Position numbers and translations under genes: made by a program. Shown here in pieces: positions 19,388 through 30,378 of a stretch of DNA of 64,000 nucleotides (position 1 is its first letter; every line of letters starts with the position of its first letter). This DNA is from an uncultured Pseudomonadota bacterium (lineage in GTDB: Bacteria; Pseudomonadota; Alphaproteobacteria; RF32; CAG-239). A model generated the notes under the pieces. It worked only from the letters and a program-made list of their open reading frames with translations, had not been told where the DNA came from and made no database searches. The stretch covers positions 2,589 through 66,588 of the forward strand of contig CASFJL010000005.1 in NCBI GenBank assembly GCA_949295005.1, written 5' to 3'.

Positions 19388-21157
19388 TTATTTAAATTGG
19401 GCGGTATATAAGGCTTTGTAAGCACCGTTTTCTTTTTCTAACAATTCTTGGTGCGTGCCTTCTTCAATAATCTCACCATCATTAATAACCACAATCATAT
19501 CTGCATTTTGAATGGTTGATAAGCGGTGCGCAATCACAAAAACCGTTCTCTCTTTCATCAAATTTTCAATAGCTTTTTGAACAACGGCTTCAGACTTATT
19601 ATCCAGCGCAGAAGTTGCCTCATCCAAAACCACAATCGGGGCATTTTTTACAAAGGCTCTGGCAATGGATAATCTTTGTCTTTGACCACCTGAAAGCAAG
19701 GTTCCCCTTTCTCCGATATCTGCGTCTAAACCTTTTTCTTGCTCAGCTACAAATTCATCCAAACAAGCCATCTTAATAGCCTTCTTCAATTCTTCTTCCG
19801 TGGCGTTTGGATTGCCCACCAACAAATTATCTCTGATAGTGCCGCCGAACAAAAAGTTGTCTTGAAAAACAACGGCAATTTGTTCTCTTAAACTTTCTAA
19901 CGTCAAGTCTTGAATGTTTTTACCGTCTATGCTGATTTTTCCTGATTTAATATCATAAAAGCGCGGCAACAAATTAACTATTGTACTTTTTCCGCCGCCG
20001 GAATTGCCAACCAAAGCAACCGTTGTTCCGGCTTTTATATTCAGATTGATATTTTTTAGAACCGGAATATTTTTTTCATATTCAAAACAAACATCTTCAA
20101 ATTTAATTTCTTTTTTAACAGAAGTTAAAACTTCTGCTTTTTTCTTGTCTTGAATTTCTGGCTTAACATCCAAAATTTCAGAAATTCTTTCAATTGCCAA
20201 AAATGATACTTGAACAGCATTAACACTTTTGCCAATATTTTTGATTGGATTATATAGCATAATCAAAGCTGTAATGAATGAAACAAAATTACCACTGGTG
20301 ATGGTTCCGTTAACAATTAAATAGCTTCCATAACCAATAACCGCACCCACGCCAATGGCTGACATAACGTGCATCATTGGGGTAAGCCAAGCCGTCTTTT
20401 GCACCATCTTAATTCCTAAGCGGAACAAACGACGCAAAATGCCGTCATATTGCTCATACATTTTGCCTTGCAAATTATATGCCGCAATGGTTTTGTTGCC
20501 GGCGTAAGTCTCATTGTATTTGGTTAAAATTGTGCCATTTTCTTTAACTTGAGCCTGAACCAAATCTTTTATCATTTTGCGAATTGCCGCCAATGGAGCT
20601 AATGCCCCTCCCAAAACCACAATGGCAATAAGCGCTAACTGCCATGAATTATAAAACAACACACAAATTAAGGATATGGAAGAAAAAACTCTGGAAGTGA
20701 ATAAACGTACATTGTCTAACAAACCAGAACATGCTGTATCTGCATCTGAAGAAAATCTTTGAATAATTAAACCGGAATCATTTTTATCAAAAAACGCAGG
20801 TTCTAACACTAGCAATTTTTTATACAAATCTCTTTTTACATCTTGCGTGATTTTCATTCCCACCCAAGAGTTCATATAAGTTGAAAGATAGGTTAACGCT
20901 CCTTGAAAAACCGTAAATAAAACAATAACCAACGGAATAATGGCCGGAGATTGCGCTGATTTATCTACCAAAACAATATCCATATATGGCTTTAGCGCCC
21001 AAGCGATTACCGCATCCAACGCCCCAATCGGAATACTTAACGCAACGGCAAAAAGCGCTCTGTAATAATAGGGTGTTATATAAGGCAGCATCTTTTTATA
21101 ATGCGCCGAAAACTTCATTTTAGGGGTTAAGGATACCTCTTGCAAATTAACCGTCAT
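19388..21157 (-). CDS. ABC exporter, fused permease/ATPase (MsbA-like lipid/multidrug exporter)
   Basis: Six-TM N-domain plus an NBD with GNSGGGKST, LSGGQRQRLSIARA and VVLDEATSALD. Confidence 0.9.
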   Translation of the reverse strand: MTVNLQEVSLTPKMKFSAHYKKMLPYITPYYYRALFAVALSIPIGALDAVIAWALKPYMDIVLVDKSAQSPAIIPLVIVLFTVFQGALTYLSTYMNSWVGMKITQDVKRDLYKKLLVLEPAFFDKNDSGLIIQRFSSDADTACSGLLDNVRLFTSRVFSSISLICVLFYNSWQLALIAIVVLGGALAPLAAIRKMIKDLVQAQVKENGTILTKYNETYAGNKTIAAYNLQGKMYEQYDGILRRLFRLGIKMVQKTAWLTPMMHVMSAIGVGAVIGYGSYLIVNGTITSGNFVSFITALIMLYNPIKNIGKSVNAVQVSFLAIERISEILDVKPEIQDKKKAEVLTSVKKEIKFEDVCFEYEKNIPVLKNINLNIKAGTTVALVGNSGGGKSTIVNLLPRFYDIKSGKISIDGKNIQDLTLESLREQIAVVFQDNFLFGGTIRDNLLVGNPNATEEELKKAIKMACLDEFVAEQEKGLDADIGERGTLLSGGQRQRLSIARAFVKNAPIVVLDEATSALDNKSEAVVQKAIENLMKERTVFVIAHRLSTIQNADMIVVINDGEIIEEGTHQELLEKENGAYKALYTAQFK

Positions 21158-21166
21158 CTTTTTTTC

Positions 21167-21604
21167 CTATATCAACTGCAGATATTTTAAAATGATATAT
21201 ACAGCCGCAAATTCTAATATAATCATTAAATAAAACATGGCACGAAAACTTTTTTTGACCGTTTTATGATGAAAAAGTTTTTGCGCAACCAATGCTCCAA
21301 ACCACCCTCCCAAAAACTCTAATGTGTGGAGCGTGTTTTCCGGAACGCGCCAAGAATGTCTTATTGCCGCACGCTTGTCAACAAAATAGGCAATGATTGT
21401 GACTATATTTATACTGATTAACTGAAAAACCAAAAATAACAGAAGTGTTTTGTTGCCAAAAACACTGGCTCTGAAATAATGCGTTTCAACATAATAAGCA
21501 CTCAAAATTACAATTCCGCAGTGCAATATATAAAAGCTGTTTTTTTGCAGCGGACGCACTAACGCCAACAAACCTATTAAGATTATGGAAAAGGTTAAAA
21601 CCAT
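21167..21604 (-). CDS. DUF1294-family membrane protein
   Basis: C-terminal WRVPENTLHTLEFLGGWFGALVAQKLFHHKTVKKSF matches the DUF1294 signature. Overlaps the upstream peptidase gene by 10 nt. Confidence 0.7.
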   Translation of the reverse strand: MVLTFSIILIGLLALVRPLQKNSFYILHCGIVILSAYYVETHYFRASVFGNKTLLLFLVFQLISINIVTIIAYFVDKRAAIRHSWRVPENTLHTLEFLGGWFGALVAQKLFHHKTVKKSFRAMFYLMIILEFAAVYIILKYLQLI

Positions 21605-22764
21605 TTAATGTCATCCTTTTTATCTTCTAAATTTGAATTGCGTTTGGCAAAATCAGGCACCAAAGGCTCTTTGAAGCTTTTTTTCAAATCTATTTCTTTG
21701 GCTGCCTCTAAAAGCAAAGCTGACCTTTCTTGCGGTTTGGGGTGCGTGTCTGTTGAAAAATATATGCTGTTTTTGCTTCTTGCCGCTAATTTTTTTTGCA
21801 TCTGGCTCATTTGTTTATAATCATATCCGGCTCTGGCAACATAATACACGCTTAAATAATCTGCCTCAAACTCAAAGTCTTTTGAATATATTTTGGAACC
21901 AATATTTGAACCGGTATTGGTGGCCACATTGGTCGGATTGTTAGCCAAGCCGTCTATCACTCCGCCAATCAAAGCTCCTACGGCGGCGTTCATTTGTCCG
22001 GCCTCCGGATGTCCTAACGTGTTGTGAGCCAACTCATGCGCCATAACAGCCGCCAACTCCAAATCATTTTGCATATAATCAATTATGGCTTCTGTCATAT
22101 AAACATCTTCACCATCGGCATAAGCATTAATATCTTTATATTGTTTGTCTATTTTCAAATCATATGGGCAAACATTATCCGGATTTAGAGTTAATGTTTT
22201 TAATTTTCCTTTTCTTTCAATTTCAATTTCAATCGGCATCCCTAAATTTTGGCTGGTTAAATTATCATCTAAAATCTCTTGAAATTCTTTTTTAGCATCT
22301 GCAACATTGGGGGCGGCAATACCAAAAATGGATACTACCTTATCCATGGGTTTTAAGCCGGCTTTATCCGCTGCTGAATTGGGAATCACATACCTGACAT
22401 AAATAACATTCTCTTCTGCAAAATAGTTTAGAGCTTTTAAATCTTCCTCTTCTTCTTTGGTTTCTTTACTTGTAATTTGCCACCAATGTTTTTTGGGCAA
22501 GTATACACCCACATCAAAGCCAAGCCCTGGTTTTAACTTGCGATCACACAACTCCTCGCCCGTGTTTTTCTTTAAATTATAAAAAATTGTCTGTATTTTT
22601 TTATCTCTCTTAATGGCATAATTTCTTGCATATTCATAATGATCTTGTCTGACTTTGTCTTGATCTACCCAGCTGGTTGAGGGAAGATTTGCCGTTGGCG
22701 TTGCGCAAGAGCTTAAAATTATGCTCACACCACATAGAAAGCTAACTGTTTGGGCTTTGCTCAT
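21595..22764 (-). CDS. M48-family zinc metalloprotease lipoprotein with PDZ domain
   Basis: Lipobox (ILSSC), PDZ-like ADKAGLKPMDKVVSIFG and HExxH (HELAHNTLGH). Confidence 0.8.
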   Translation of the reverse strand: MSKAQTVSFLCGVSIILSSCATPTANLPSTSWVDQDKVRQDHYEYARNYAIKRDKKIQTIFYNLKKNTGEELCDRKLKPGLGFDVGVYLPKKHWWQITSKETKEEEEDLKALNYFAEENVIYVRYVIPNSAADKAGLKPMDKVVSIFGIAAPNVADAKKEFQEILDDNLTSQNLGMPIEIEIERKGKLKTLTLNPDNVCPYDLKIDKQYKDINAYADGEDVYMTEAIIDYMQNDLELAAVMAHELAHNTLGHPEAGQMNAAVGALIGGVIDGLANNPTNVATNTGSNIGSKIYSKDFEFEADYLSVYYVARAGYDYKQMSQMQKKLAARSKNSIYFSTDTHPKPQERSALLLEAAKEIDLKKSFKEPLVPDFAKRNSNLEDKKDDIKWF

Positions 22765-23039
22765 TTTACTTTCCTTTTATTTTTGTTTTGTTCTCTCATT
22801 ATATCTTCATATTGCGGACAATCTGCATATGAAATATTGCGACGGCGAAACTCTATTAATATTCTGTTTAATATGTAAGAGTCTTCCTGATAATCAAACA
22901 TTGCTTCACACAAATCTTCTCTTGAAGCACGTCCTGTCCATGCATTTAACTTTTCAGGATATTTATAAAATTCTTGTTTATCTATGCCTGTTGAACACGC
23001 TGTTATTAAGAATAAAATAAAGAATATGCATTTTTTCAT
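22761..23039 (-). CDS. small lipoprotein, hypothetical
   Basis: MKKCIFFILFLITAC lipobox. Overlaps the M48 gene start by 4 nt (operon). Confidence 0.55.
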   Translation of the reverse strand: MKKCIFFILFLITACSTGIDKQEFYKYPEKLNAWTGRASREDLCEAMFDYQEDSYILNRILIEFRRRNISYADCPQYEDIMREQNKNKRKVK

Positions 23040-23201
23040 TTTTTCTTCCTTCTTTTTTTCTTAAGAATATATAATTTTTTATAAATTGCAATTGCGATTA
23101 TTTGTTTTCAGGTGAATAAGTCAAAAAAACTGATGTGTTTTTATTTTTTGCGGGTATATTATTGTTAAAAATGTTTATTTAAAGTGTTTTTAGGATAAAA
23201 A

Positions 23202-23948
23202 ATGAAAAATTATCTTCTTGTTTTTGCTTTATTATCTTTGCTGAGTGCTTGTAACCCATATAGCGATGAAATGGTTTATTATTACGAAGATGAATCGGCT
23301 ACCATTGAAACAAATGCCGCTCCGACAAAGTCTGTATCTTCCGAAGATTTGATTACACCTCCTATGCTGAGTGAAAATGCAACAACTCAAGAAATTATTC
23401 AAGAAACTACAATTCAAGAAAATATTGTAGAAATGCCTTTGGATAAACAAAATAAAACTGATGCCCCGCAAGCTCAGGATTTGATTCCTATGACATATGG
23501 AGACAACGTCCAACCAAATTTCACAAAAAAAACCATTCCTGCTTTCAATGGCTCTGACATCTCTCCAAAAGTTTATGCTATTGTTGCTTCTAGAACCGTT
23601 AATAAAATGCTTGATGAGACACAAAATTTGTATCAATCAAAAGATGCCAAAAAAAAATTGTTTATTCCTAAAGCACAAAAGTTAAATTCTTCTTTGCCAG
23701 ATGGTTTTAATTATGCCAATAAGACAATCTATGATATCGTTGATGGCTCTTCAATGTTTATTCTTGTTTCAAAAGTTGATGATGCCGACTTGGTTTTGGA
23801 ATCTTCTTTTGATGCAAAAGCCAACCCGAACATGCCGTCTCCGATTATTGTTTTTAATTTAACATTAAAAGATAACGCCGGAAAAGTTATTGATTCTTGG
23901 CAAGAAAATATTAAGCAATTGGCAAATGATGACCAAAGTTGGTGGTAA
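23202..23948 (+). CDS. lipoprotein, hypothetical (weak LpoB/FlgO-like C-terminal pattern)
   Basis: MKNYLLVFALLSLLSAC lipobox. The C-terminal half has the (D)ADLVLES... motif seen in LpoB/CsgG-like lipoproteins, which is low-confidence similarity. Confidence 0.55.
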   Translation: MKNYLLVFALLSLLSACNPYSDEMVYYYEDESATIETNAAPTKSVSSEDLITPPMLSENATTQEIIQETTIQENIVEMPLDKQNKTDAPQAQDLIPMTYGDNVQPNFTKKTIPAFNGSDISPKVYAIVASRTVNKMLDETQNLYQSKDAKKKLFIPKAQKLNSSLPDGFNYANKTIYDIVDGSSMFILVSKVDDADLVLESSFDAKANPNMPSPIIVFNLTLKDNAGKVIDSWQENIKQLANDDQSWW

Positions 23949-23949
23949 T

Positions 23950-24936
23950 ATGCGGCTTTTTTACTTTGTTGCATTCTCTTTTGTTTGTTTGATTTTTGCT
24001 CATTGTGCTTTGGCCGCAGATGAAAGTACTTGTGTTTTATATGCAAATGCTTGTGAAAAAATTTCTAAAGAAGAAACCATTTCTTCAATTAGACTGAGAG
24101 CTGCTGATAAAGCAACCTTTTTGGCTGTGCAGAATCTGGATGAAATTAAAAATCTTGCCTCTAATATTAATGAACACGATAAAAATGTTATCATTTATGA
24201 TATTGTTGATAATTATGTTGAAGATTTGTCCATACAAACCACAAAACAAGATAACGATAATATTTGTGTGGAGGTTTCCGGCTTTGTCTCTAAAGATAAT
24301 ATAGCCTTTGCCCTTGAAAATTTTTCTCAACCGCAAAATATTCTTGATAAAAATGAAGGCGCTGAGCCACAAACAGACTTTACACAACCAGAACAAAATA
24401 ACACCGCAGAAAGTGCTCCTAATCAGGAGAAAATTCTTTCTATTGAAAAAAATAACATTTATAACAATGAAGAAAAAGCTCTCTTAAAAAACAATAATAA
24501 AAAACTTTTTATTGCGCCTTTAGAGTTTTATAACAATACAAGGTCTCAATCTTATGCAAAAATTTTGCAAAAAGTTTTTGAACAAAACCCTTATTTTGAT
24601 ATTACTCAAAATTCAAATGAAGCTGATTATATCATCCGTTCAAAAGTGCTTAGAGCTAAGGTAGACAGCATTAACTCTCAAAAAAATCGGATGCAAATGG
24701 TGGTGATGGTGGAAGCTGAATTTGTTGATAACAAAAGCTCTGTAACAGAACATCAAAATCAATTTATTTTGTTTAATGCTCATGATGATGAACAAAAAGT
24801 GGCTGCTCAATTAATGCAAAAACTTTTAACCAAAGCAGGCAAAATTATTTTGAAAAAAGTGCAAAAAAATGCTCAAGTCACTTCTTCTCTATCTTCTAAA
24901 AAAGAAAATTTTAGTATGATTACGCCTGAAAATTAA
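23950..24936 (+). CDS. secreted hypothetical protein
   Basis: ATG at 23950 (2 nt after the upstream stop) gives signal peptide MRLFYFVAFSFVCLIFAHCALA. The ORF-track start at 23890 overlaps the previous gene. Confidence 0.55.
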   Translation: MRLFYFVAFSFVCLIFAHCALAADESTCVLYANACEKISKEETISSIRLRAADKATFLAVQNLDEIKNLASNINEHDKNVIIYDIVDNYVEDLSIQTTKQDNDNICVEVSGFVSKDNIAFALENFSQPQNILDKNEGAEPQTDFTQPEQNNTAESAPNQEKILSIEKNNIYNNEEKALLKNNNKKLFIAPLEFYNNTRSQSYAKILQKVFEQNPYFDITQNSNEADYIIRSKVLRAKVDSINSQKNRMQMVVMVEAEFVDNKSSVTEHQNQFILFNAHDDEQKVAAQLMQKLLTKAGKIILKKVQKNAQVTSSLSSKKENFSMITPEN

Positions 24937-25721
24937 TTTAATCCCATGGCACTATGCGCTGATATGGGTAAGATTTTCCAACTAAAAGACGACAATTTAT
25001 CAATTTTTGCTTGCGCATAATATTCTTGTATTTTATCTACAATTTTTTTCTCATATTCGCTTATTTCTGCTGAATCTATACAAACATACAAACTAATTTC
25101 CAGAGTTGATAACACGTCTCCCATAATTTCATAGTCATAGACGCAAATTTTTCCTTGCAAATTGTTTAATAAAATTTTTTGAATATTCTTAAAATGTTCC
25201 AAATAATTATAATTTTTATAGCGTTTGAACAGATTATAATATTTTTCTTCATTTTTACAATTTGGATTAGTGAATATTCTTTCCAGCAAAGCTGCATTTG
25301 CCGTCATAGTGGCATATTTTAAAATCACTGCAAAATATTCTTGCATTCCTTTATTAAAATCTGCAAAACAAGATTTTAACAAAATTGCAGCCATATCCAG
25401 CTGGCAGATATTTAATAAGTTATTTATATACAAATATTTTTCTGCTCGTCCTAAATCAACACCTTTATCCCAAAGTTTATACGCAAATGCCTTTGCTTTT
25501 TCATAATTTCCTAACATTGTGTTTACTTGCATTAAAGCAATATAAATCAGCTCATCTTCAGAATCTTCAGCGGCTTCTTCATATAAAGAGCGTTCAATTT
25601 GAATGATTGTCTCAACTTTATTAAACGGAAGTTCCATTAATTGCTTGTATAAAAACAAGACTTGATCATCATCTTCATTTTCTAAATAACTTGATGACAT
25701 TGCCTGATTGTATTCTTCCAT
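24933..25721 (-). CDS. hypothetical helical-repeat (TPR-like) protein
   Basis: 262-aa ORF, 2 nt downstream of dtd, with a helical repeat character (YEKAKAFAYKLW...). No family assigned. Confidence 0.5.
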   Translation of the reverse strand: MEEYNQAMSSSYLENEDDDQVLFLYKQLMELPFNKVETIIQIERSLYEEAAEDSEDELIYIALMQVNTMLGNYEKAKAFAYKLWDKGVDLGRAEKYLYINNLLNICQLDMAAILLKSCFADFNKGMQEYFAVILKYATMTANAALLERIFTNPNCKNEEKYYNLFKRYKNYNYLEHFKNIQKILLNNLQGKICVYDYEIMGDVLSTLEISLYVCIDSAEISEYEKKIVDKIQEYYAQAKIDKLSSFSWKILPISAHSAMGLN

Positions 25722-25723
25722 TT

Positions 25724-26167
25724 TTACACCTTTTTTTCTAACATAAATGTTACCGGTCCGTCATTTATCAATTCCACTTGCATATCTGCCTGAAAAATTC
25801 CGGTTTGAGTTATGATACCATAGTTTTTCAAACATTCTACAAAATATTCATATAGTGGCTTGGCCTCCTCAGGGCGAGCGGCAGTTTCAAATCCGGGGCG
25901 ATTGCCGCGGCTGGTGTCTCCGGCCAAAGTAAACTGAGATACGGCTAAAAGTTCACCGTTAATGTCTTGGACGGACAAATTCATTTTTCTTTCCGAATCC
26001 TCAAAAATGCGCAAGTTAACAACTTTTTTTGCCAGATATTCGGCTTCTTTTTGCCCATCGCCTTTTTCTACGCCCAATAAAATCAGCATTCCTTGCCCGA
26101 TTTGGGAATAAAGTTGACCATTAATTTCAACCGATGCTCTTTTTACTCTTTGTACCAAAGCTTTCAT
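25724..26167 (-). CDS. dtd: D-aminoacyl-tRNA deacylase
   Basis: [13 protein letters not shown]..., SQFTLAGD and GNRPGF motifs, 147 aa. Confidence 0.9.
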   Translation of the reverse strand: MKALVQRVKRASVEINGQLYSQIGQGMLILLGVEKGDGQKEAEYLAKKVVNLRIFEDSERKMNLSVQDINGELLAVSQFTLAGDTSRGNRPGFETAARPEEAKPLYEYFVECLKNYGIITQTGIFQADMQVELINDGPVTFMLEKKV

Positions 26168-26252
26168 ATTTTTATTTTCCTTTTATTTACCTATGGTAAT
26201 TATGATAAAGCATATTATATTTAAGATAGTTTTAATTATCGGGTATAAATTT

Positions 26253-27494
26253 ATGAAAAAAATATATTCTGTTTTATTGATTATACTATTTGTCTCTGCC
26301 TGTTCTTCTTTAGGCAAGGGCATTGCTGAAGCCGTGTTGGAAAATGATAATGCCCCTTCCACTCTGCAGTGTGATATCAGGGGAGATAAGTTTGACGGCA
26401 TTAATCAATATTTTGCAAATGGAAAAGAGGTTAAAGTTCTTATCATTCACGGCGTGGGCACGCATCAATCCGGATATTCGGGCAGAATCCGTGACAATTT
26501 GTGCAAAAAGCTTGATCTACACATTGTTTCCAGATGCCCCAAAAACATCACTTTAATTGACCCAAATGACAAAAAAACCGTTATCGGAACATTGCGTGTT
26601 TCTCGTGCGCAAAGCAAAGACCTCAAAAAAAACATCCTTTTTTATGAGCTGGCTTGGTCTGAAACAACAATTGCCCAAAAACAAATCTTGAAATATGACA
26701 TGGCTAAAGAAAACACCTACAAACGCGCTGCATTCAACAATGTGGTTAAAGGTTTTATGAATGATACCGTTCCTGACCCGCTTATCTATTTGACTGATGA
26801 GCATAATTATATTTTGAATGCCACAAAGCAATCTACCTGTTTGATGCTTGGTAAAACTTGGAATCAACTCAAGGACGGCTCTCAAGAACTGTGCAATGTT
26901 GCCCCTTATAAACAAATTAAGGCTTTGAGTGAAGATAACATTATCTTTGTGACACATAGTTTAGGCAGTCGAATCTTTATTGACGCTATGTTGAGCCTTG
27001 CCGATGATGTTGCAAAAGCAGAAAAATCTGCTAAAGCTCAACAATATATCAATCAACTCAAAAACAAAGAAATAACCGTGTTTATGTTGGCCAACCAATT
27101 GCCGTTTTTGCAAATTGGGCGTAAGGTTCCCAAAATTCACGGGCAGATGAACTCTTACTGCAAAGTTGGCAGCAAGAATTACAACAACCGTATTTTTAAG
27201 CGCTTAAATATCGTTGCTTTTTCTGACCCGAATGATATCTTGAGTTATACCATTCCGCAGAGTTTTGTTGATAATTATCTAGATTCCAGAATTTGTCCGT
27301 TTGTGACTAATGTTAACTTAAATATTATTGAACCTGTTTCTGCTTTTGGAATCAGCGCTGTTAACCCATTGGCCGCGCACACAAATTATGATAATGACGG
27401 CCGTGTTCTCGAAATTATTACTCAAGGAACACAAGATAATGTCAATGAAGCCATAACTTCAGAAAAATGTTATTTTTATGAAACTCAGGATTAG
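26253..27494 (+). CDS. lipoprotein with alpha/beta-hydrolase-like nucleophile elbow (putative esterase/lipase)
   Basis: ATG 26253 gives MKKIYSVLLIILFVSAC (lipobox). IFVTHSLGSRIF resembles the GxSxG elbow. No closer assignment is possible. Confidence 0.55.
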   Translation: MKKIYSVLLIILFVSACSSLGKGIAEAVLENDNAPSTLQCDIRGDKFDGINQYFANGKEVKVLIIHGVGTHQSGYSGRIRDNLCKKLDLHIVSRCPKNITLIDPNDKKTVIGTLRVSRAQSKDLKKNILFYELAWSETTIAQKQILKYDMAKENTYKRAAFNNVVKGFMNDTVPDPLIYLTDEHNYILNATKQSTCLMLGKTWNQLKDGSQELCNVAPYKQIKALSEDNIIFVTHSLGSRIFIDAMLSLADDVAKAEKSAKAQQYINQLKNKEITVFMLANQLPFLQIGRKVPKIHGQMNSYCKVGSKNYNNRIFKRLNIVAFSDPNDILSYTIPQSFVDNYLDSRICPFVTNVNLNIIEPVSAFGISAVNPLAAHTNYDNDGRVLEIITQGTQDNVNEAITSEKCYFYETQD

Positions 27495-27503
27495 GAGAAA
27501 AAA

Positions 27504-28466
27504 ATGCCAGAATATAATATTTATGACAATAAACGCTTTATTTTGGACGGCAACGGTGGTCTTTCCAATGAAGACAATGGAAAATTTGCTATTTGGCATA
27601 ATCTGGATTATCAAAATCCAAACTCCTACCAGATTTTGGTTGAAAATTATCAGCTAGACCCGTTGATTGTAGATGCGCTTTGTGATACAGATACGCGCCC
27701 GCGCTTTGTTTGTTATGATACCGGAATTTTGCTTATTTTGCGCGCCGTAAACCTCAACCCAGGGAGCAACCCAGAAGATATGATTTCTCTTAGGTTTTGG
27801 ATTGATGAAAACAAAATCATTTCTCTTCAACACCGCAACCTTAAAAGCATTAAAAAAATTGCCGATGCTTTAGAAAATAATATGGGACCCAAAACTCCGA
27901 TGCAATGTTTTCTTACTTTTGCCAATGCCATTGCCGATGTGATTGTTAAAACAACCAATGATTTAACTGACCGCACTGATGACGTGGAAGAAGAAATTAT
28001 TGATATTCAAGATATGGATGACCTTAAAATTCGTGGTGAAATTAATGACCTGCGCCATGAAATTATTGCCTTGCGCCGCTATATTGCTCCAATGCGCGAG
28101 GTGTTCCAAAACTTGCAGTTGGAAAAAAATATTCTCATCACACCAAAGGTTAAAATACGCCTCAAAGAAGTGGCTAATGATGTGGTTAAATCTTTGGAAG
28201 ATTTAGATTATTGCCGTGAGCATATTTCTTTTTATCATGAAGAACTGCAAGGTAGAATCAGTATTAATATGAGCCGTATTATGTACATAATTTCCATATT
28301 TACGGCTATCTTCTTGCCATTAACCTTAATTACCGGTCTGCTCGGTATTAATGTGCAAGGAATCCCGATGGCAGATAACGAACACGCTTTTTGGATTGTG
28401 TGTGTTATTATGCTTGTTGTCAGCTTGATATTGGTTTACTTTATGAAAAAGAAACGCTGGATGTAA
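27504..28466 (+). CDS. zntB: CorA-superfamily zinc transporter ZntB
   Basis: Cytoplasmic N-domain plus two C-terminal TM segments, with LTLITGLLGINVQGIP (the GxN motif in its ZntB-type context). Confidence 0.75.
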   Translation: MPEYNIYDNKRFILDGNGGLSNEDNGKFAIWHNLDYQNPNSYQILVENYQLDPLIVDALCDTDTRPRFVCYDTGILLILRAVNLNPGSNPEDMISLRFWIDENKIISLQHRNLKSIKKIADALENNMGPKTPMQCFLTFANAIADVIVKTTNDLTDRTDDVEEEIIDIQDMDDLKIRGEINDLRHEIIALRRYIAPMREVFQNLQLEKNILITPKVKIRLKEVANDVVKSLEDLDYCREHISFYHEELQGRISINMSRIMYIISIFTAIFLPLTLITGLLGINVQGIPMADNEHAFWIVCVIMLVVSLILVYFMKKKRWM

Positions 28467-28470
28467 AAAT

Positions 28471-29703
28471 CTAGCCTTGATAAAACATATAACCAAAACA
28501 AACGGCTGCAACAATTCCCGCAAAATCTGCCAGCAAAGCACATGGCAGAGCATGTCTGACTTTGCTGATTTTGACCGCACCGAAATAAACCGCCAAAACA
28601 TAAAACGTGGTTTCGGTTGAGCCTTGAACAATGCAAGAAATAAAGGCCGGAAAGCTATCTGCGCCATAAGTTTGCATGGTTTCAATCATCATGGCACGCG
28701 CCCCGCTTCCCGATAATGGTTTGAGCAATGCGGTGGGAAGTGCAGCCACAAAAGCTGTATCCAAGCCGCACAAGGCAAAGATTTTTTCAAAGCCAAGCAC
28801 TATCAAATCCAAAACGCCCGAACTTCTTAAAACAGCAATGGCTACCAACATTGCCACCAGATACGGCACAATACGAATGGCTATATCAAAGCCTTCTTTG
28901 GCACCTTGAATAAATGTTTCATAAACATTGAGTTTTTTCAGAACACCGGCACTGATAAAAAGGATGATAAAGCCAAACAAAACGGCATTACCCCATTCGG
29001 CAGAAACTTTCAATCGCACATCAGAAGGAAGAGAAGTAAAGTACCAAGCCACGCCACCGATAATGATGAAAAAAGCTAACATATAACTTAAGACAACTCG
29101 ATTAAAAATATTGAGCTTTTGCACAAATGCCACACTCAAAAAGCCAACTAATGTAGAAACAGAAGTGGCAAATAATATCGGCATAAATACGGCTGCCGGA
29201 TTGGCGCTTCCAAGCTCGGCACGATACATTAAAATGGTAATTGGAATCAAAGTAACGGCTGAGGCATTAATCACCATGAATAAAATTTGAGCATTTGAGG
29301 CTTCATCTTTTTTCTTGTTCAACTCTTGCAGTTGCTCCATCGCCTTCAAACCCATCGGCGTTGCGGCATTATCCAAACCCAAAACATTGGCTGCCATATT
29401 CATAATCATTGAGCCCATGGCCGGATGACCTTTCGGTACTTCGGGCATAATTTTGCAAAATAACGGCTCTAAAATCTTGGCTAAAACCTTTGTCAAACCT
29501 GATTGCTCGGCAATTTTTAATAAACCCAACCACAAGCACAAGATGCCGGTTAAGTTTAAAGAAATGCTGAATGCGGTTTTGGCAGAAGAAAAAATATCTC
29601 CGACAATATTACTCCAAACACCACTCACACCAAAATATAAACTTTGCGCAATAGCGGCAATAAAACCTAATACAAAAAATGAAACCCATATAACATTCAG
29701 CAT
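28471..29703 (-). CDS. nucleoside-recognition (Gate) domain membrane protein, fused SpmA/SpmB-like
   Basis: 410 aa, polytopic. The N-terminal region (GILCLWLGLLKIAEQSGL...NVLGLDNAATPMGLKAM) is typical of the SpmA/SpmB family. Confidence 0.7.
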   Translation of the reverse strand: MLNVIWVSFFVLGFIAAIAQSLYFGVSGVWSNIVGDIFSSAKTAFSISLNLTGILCLWLGLLKIAEQSGLTKVLAKILEPLFCKIMPEVPKGHPAMGSMIMNMAANVLGLDNAATPMGLKAMEQLQELNKKKDEASNAQILFMVINASAVTLIPITILMYRAELGSANPAAVFMPILFATSVSTLVGFLSVAFVQKLNIFNRVVLSYMLAFFIIIGGVAWYFTSLPSDVRLKVSAEWGNAVLFGFIILFISAGVLKKLNVYETFIQGAKEGFDIAIRIVPYLVAMLVAIAVLRSSGVLDLIVLGFEKIFALCGLDTAFVAALPTALLKPLSGSGARAMMIETMQTYGADSFPAFISCIVQGSTETTFYVLAVYFGAVKISKVRHALPCALLADFAGIVAAVCFGYMFYQG

Positions 29704-29802
29704 TTTTTTCTCCTCATCTGGATATTAATTAATTTTTTTTAATAAATCTTAAAGATTCAAACCCTTATGATGTGGGCATATAATTTTTTTGGGAGTTCTG
29801 TT

Positions 29803-30372
29803 ATGAATAATGATATTTTATGGATAATTGCTGCCGTTGTAGTTGTTGGCTTTTATTTAATTTATGTTTCTTTAATCAAGAAGAAAAACAGATTAAAAGA
29901 ATCTGCTTCCGGCATTGATGTTCAACTCAAAAAACGCTATGACCTCATTCCTAACCTGATGACCATGGCTGCTAAATATATGGAACATGAAAAATCCATG
30001 ATGGAAGAAATTGCGCGTTTGCGTAGCGAATCTATGAATGTGAACTTTATGGCAGACCCTAGCAAAAAAATTGAATTGGAAAATATGCTTTCTGCCCGAA
30101 TGAATGACTTCAAACTTTCTGCTGAGAACTATCCTGATATGAAATCTAACCAAGCTTTGATGAATGCAATGGAAAGTTTAAACAGCGTGGAAGAACATAT
30201 TGCCGCTGCTCGTCGTTTTTATAACGCAAATGTTACTGATTTGAAAAATGCCGTAGAAATTTTTCCAAGTTCTTTCGTGGCTAAAATGATTGGCATTAAA
30301 GATGAAATGCCTTACTTTGAAGCTGAAGAACAGGCTAAAAAATCTATTAATGCGCAAGATTTTTTTAAGTAG
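29803..30372 (+). CDS. LemA family protein
   Basis: Single N-terminal TM, then RYDLIPNLM...YPDMKSNQ...E..I..ARR.YN motifs. ATG 29803 has GGGAG 7 nt upstream. Confidence 0.85.
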   Translation: MNNDILWIIAAVVVVGFYLIYVSLIKKKNRLKESASGIDVQLKKRYDLIPNLMTMAAKYMEHEKSMMEEIARLRSESMNVNFMADPSKKIELENMLSARMNDFKLSAENYPDMKSNQALMNAMESLNSVEEHIAAARRFYNANVTDLKNAVEIFPSSFVAKMIGIKDEMPYFEAEEQAKKSINAQDFFK

Positions 30373-30378
30373 GACCTC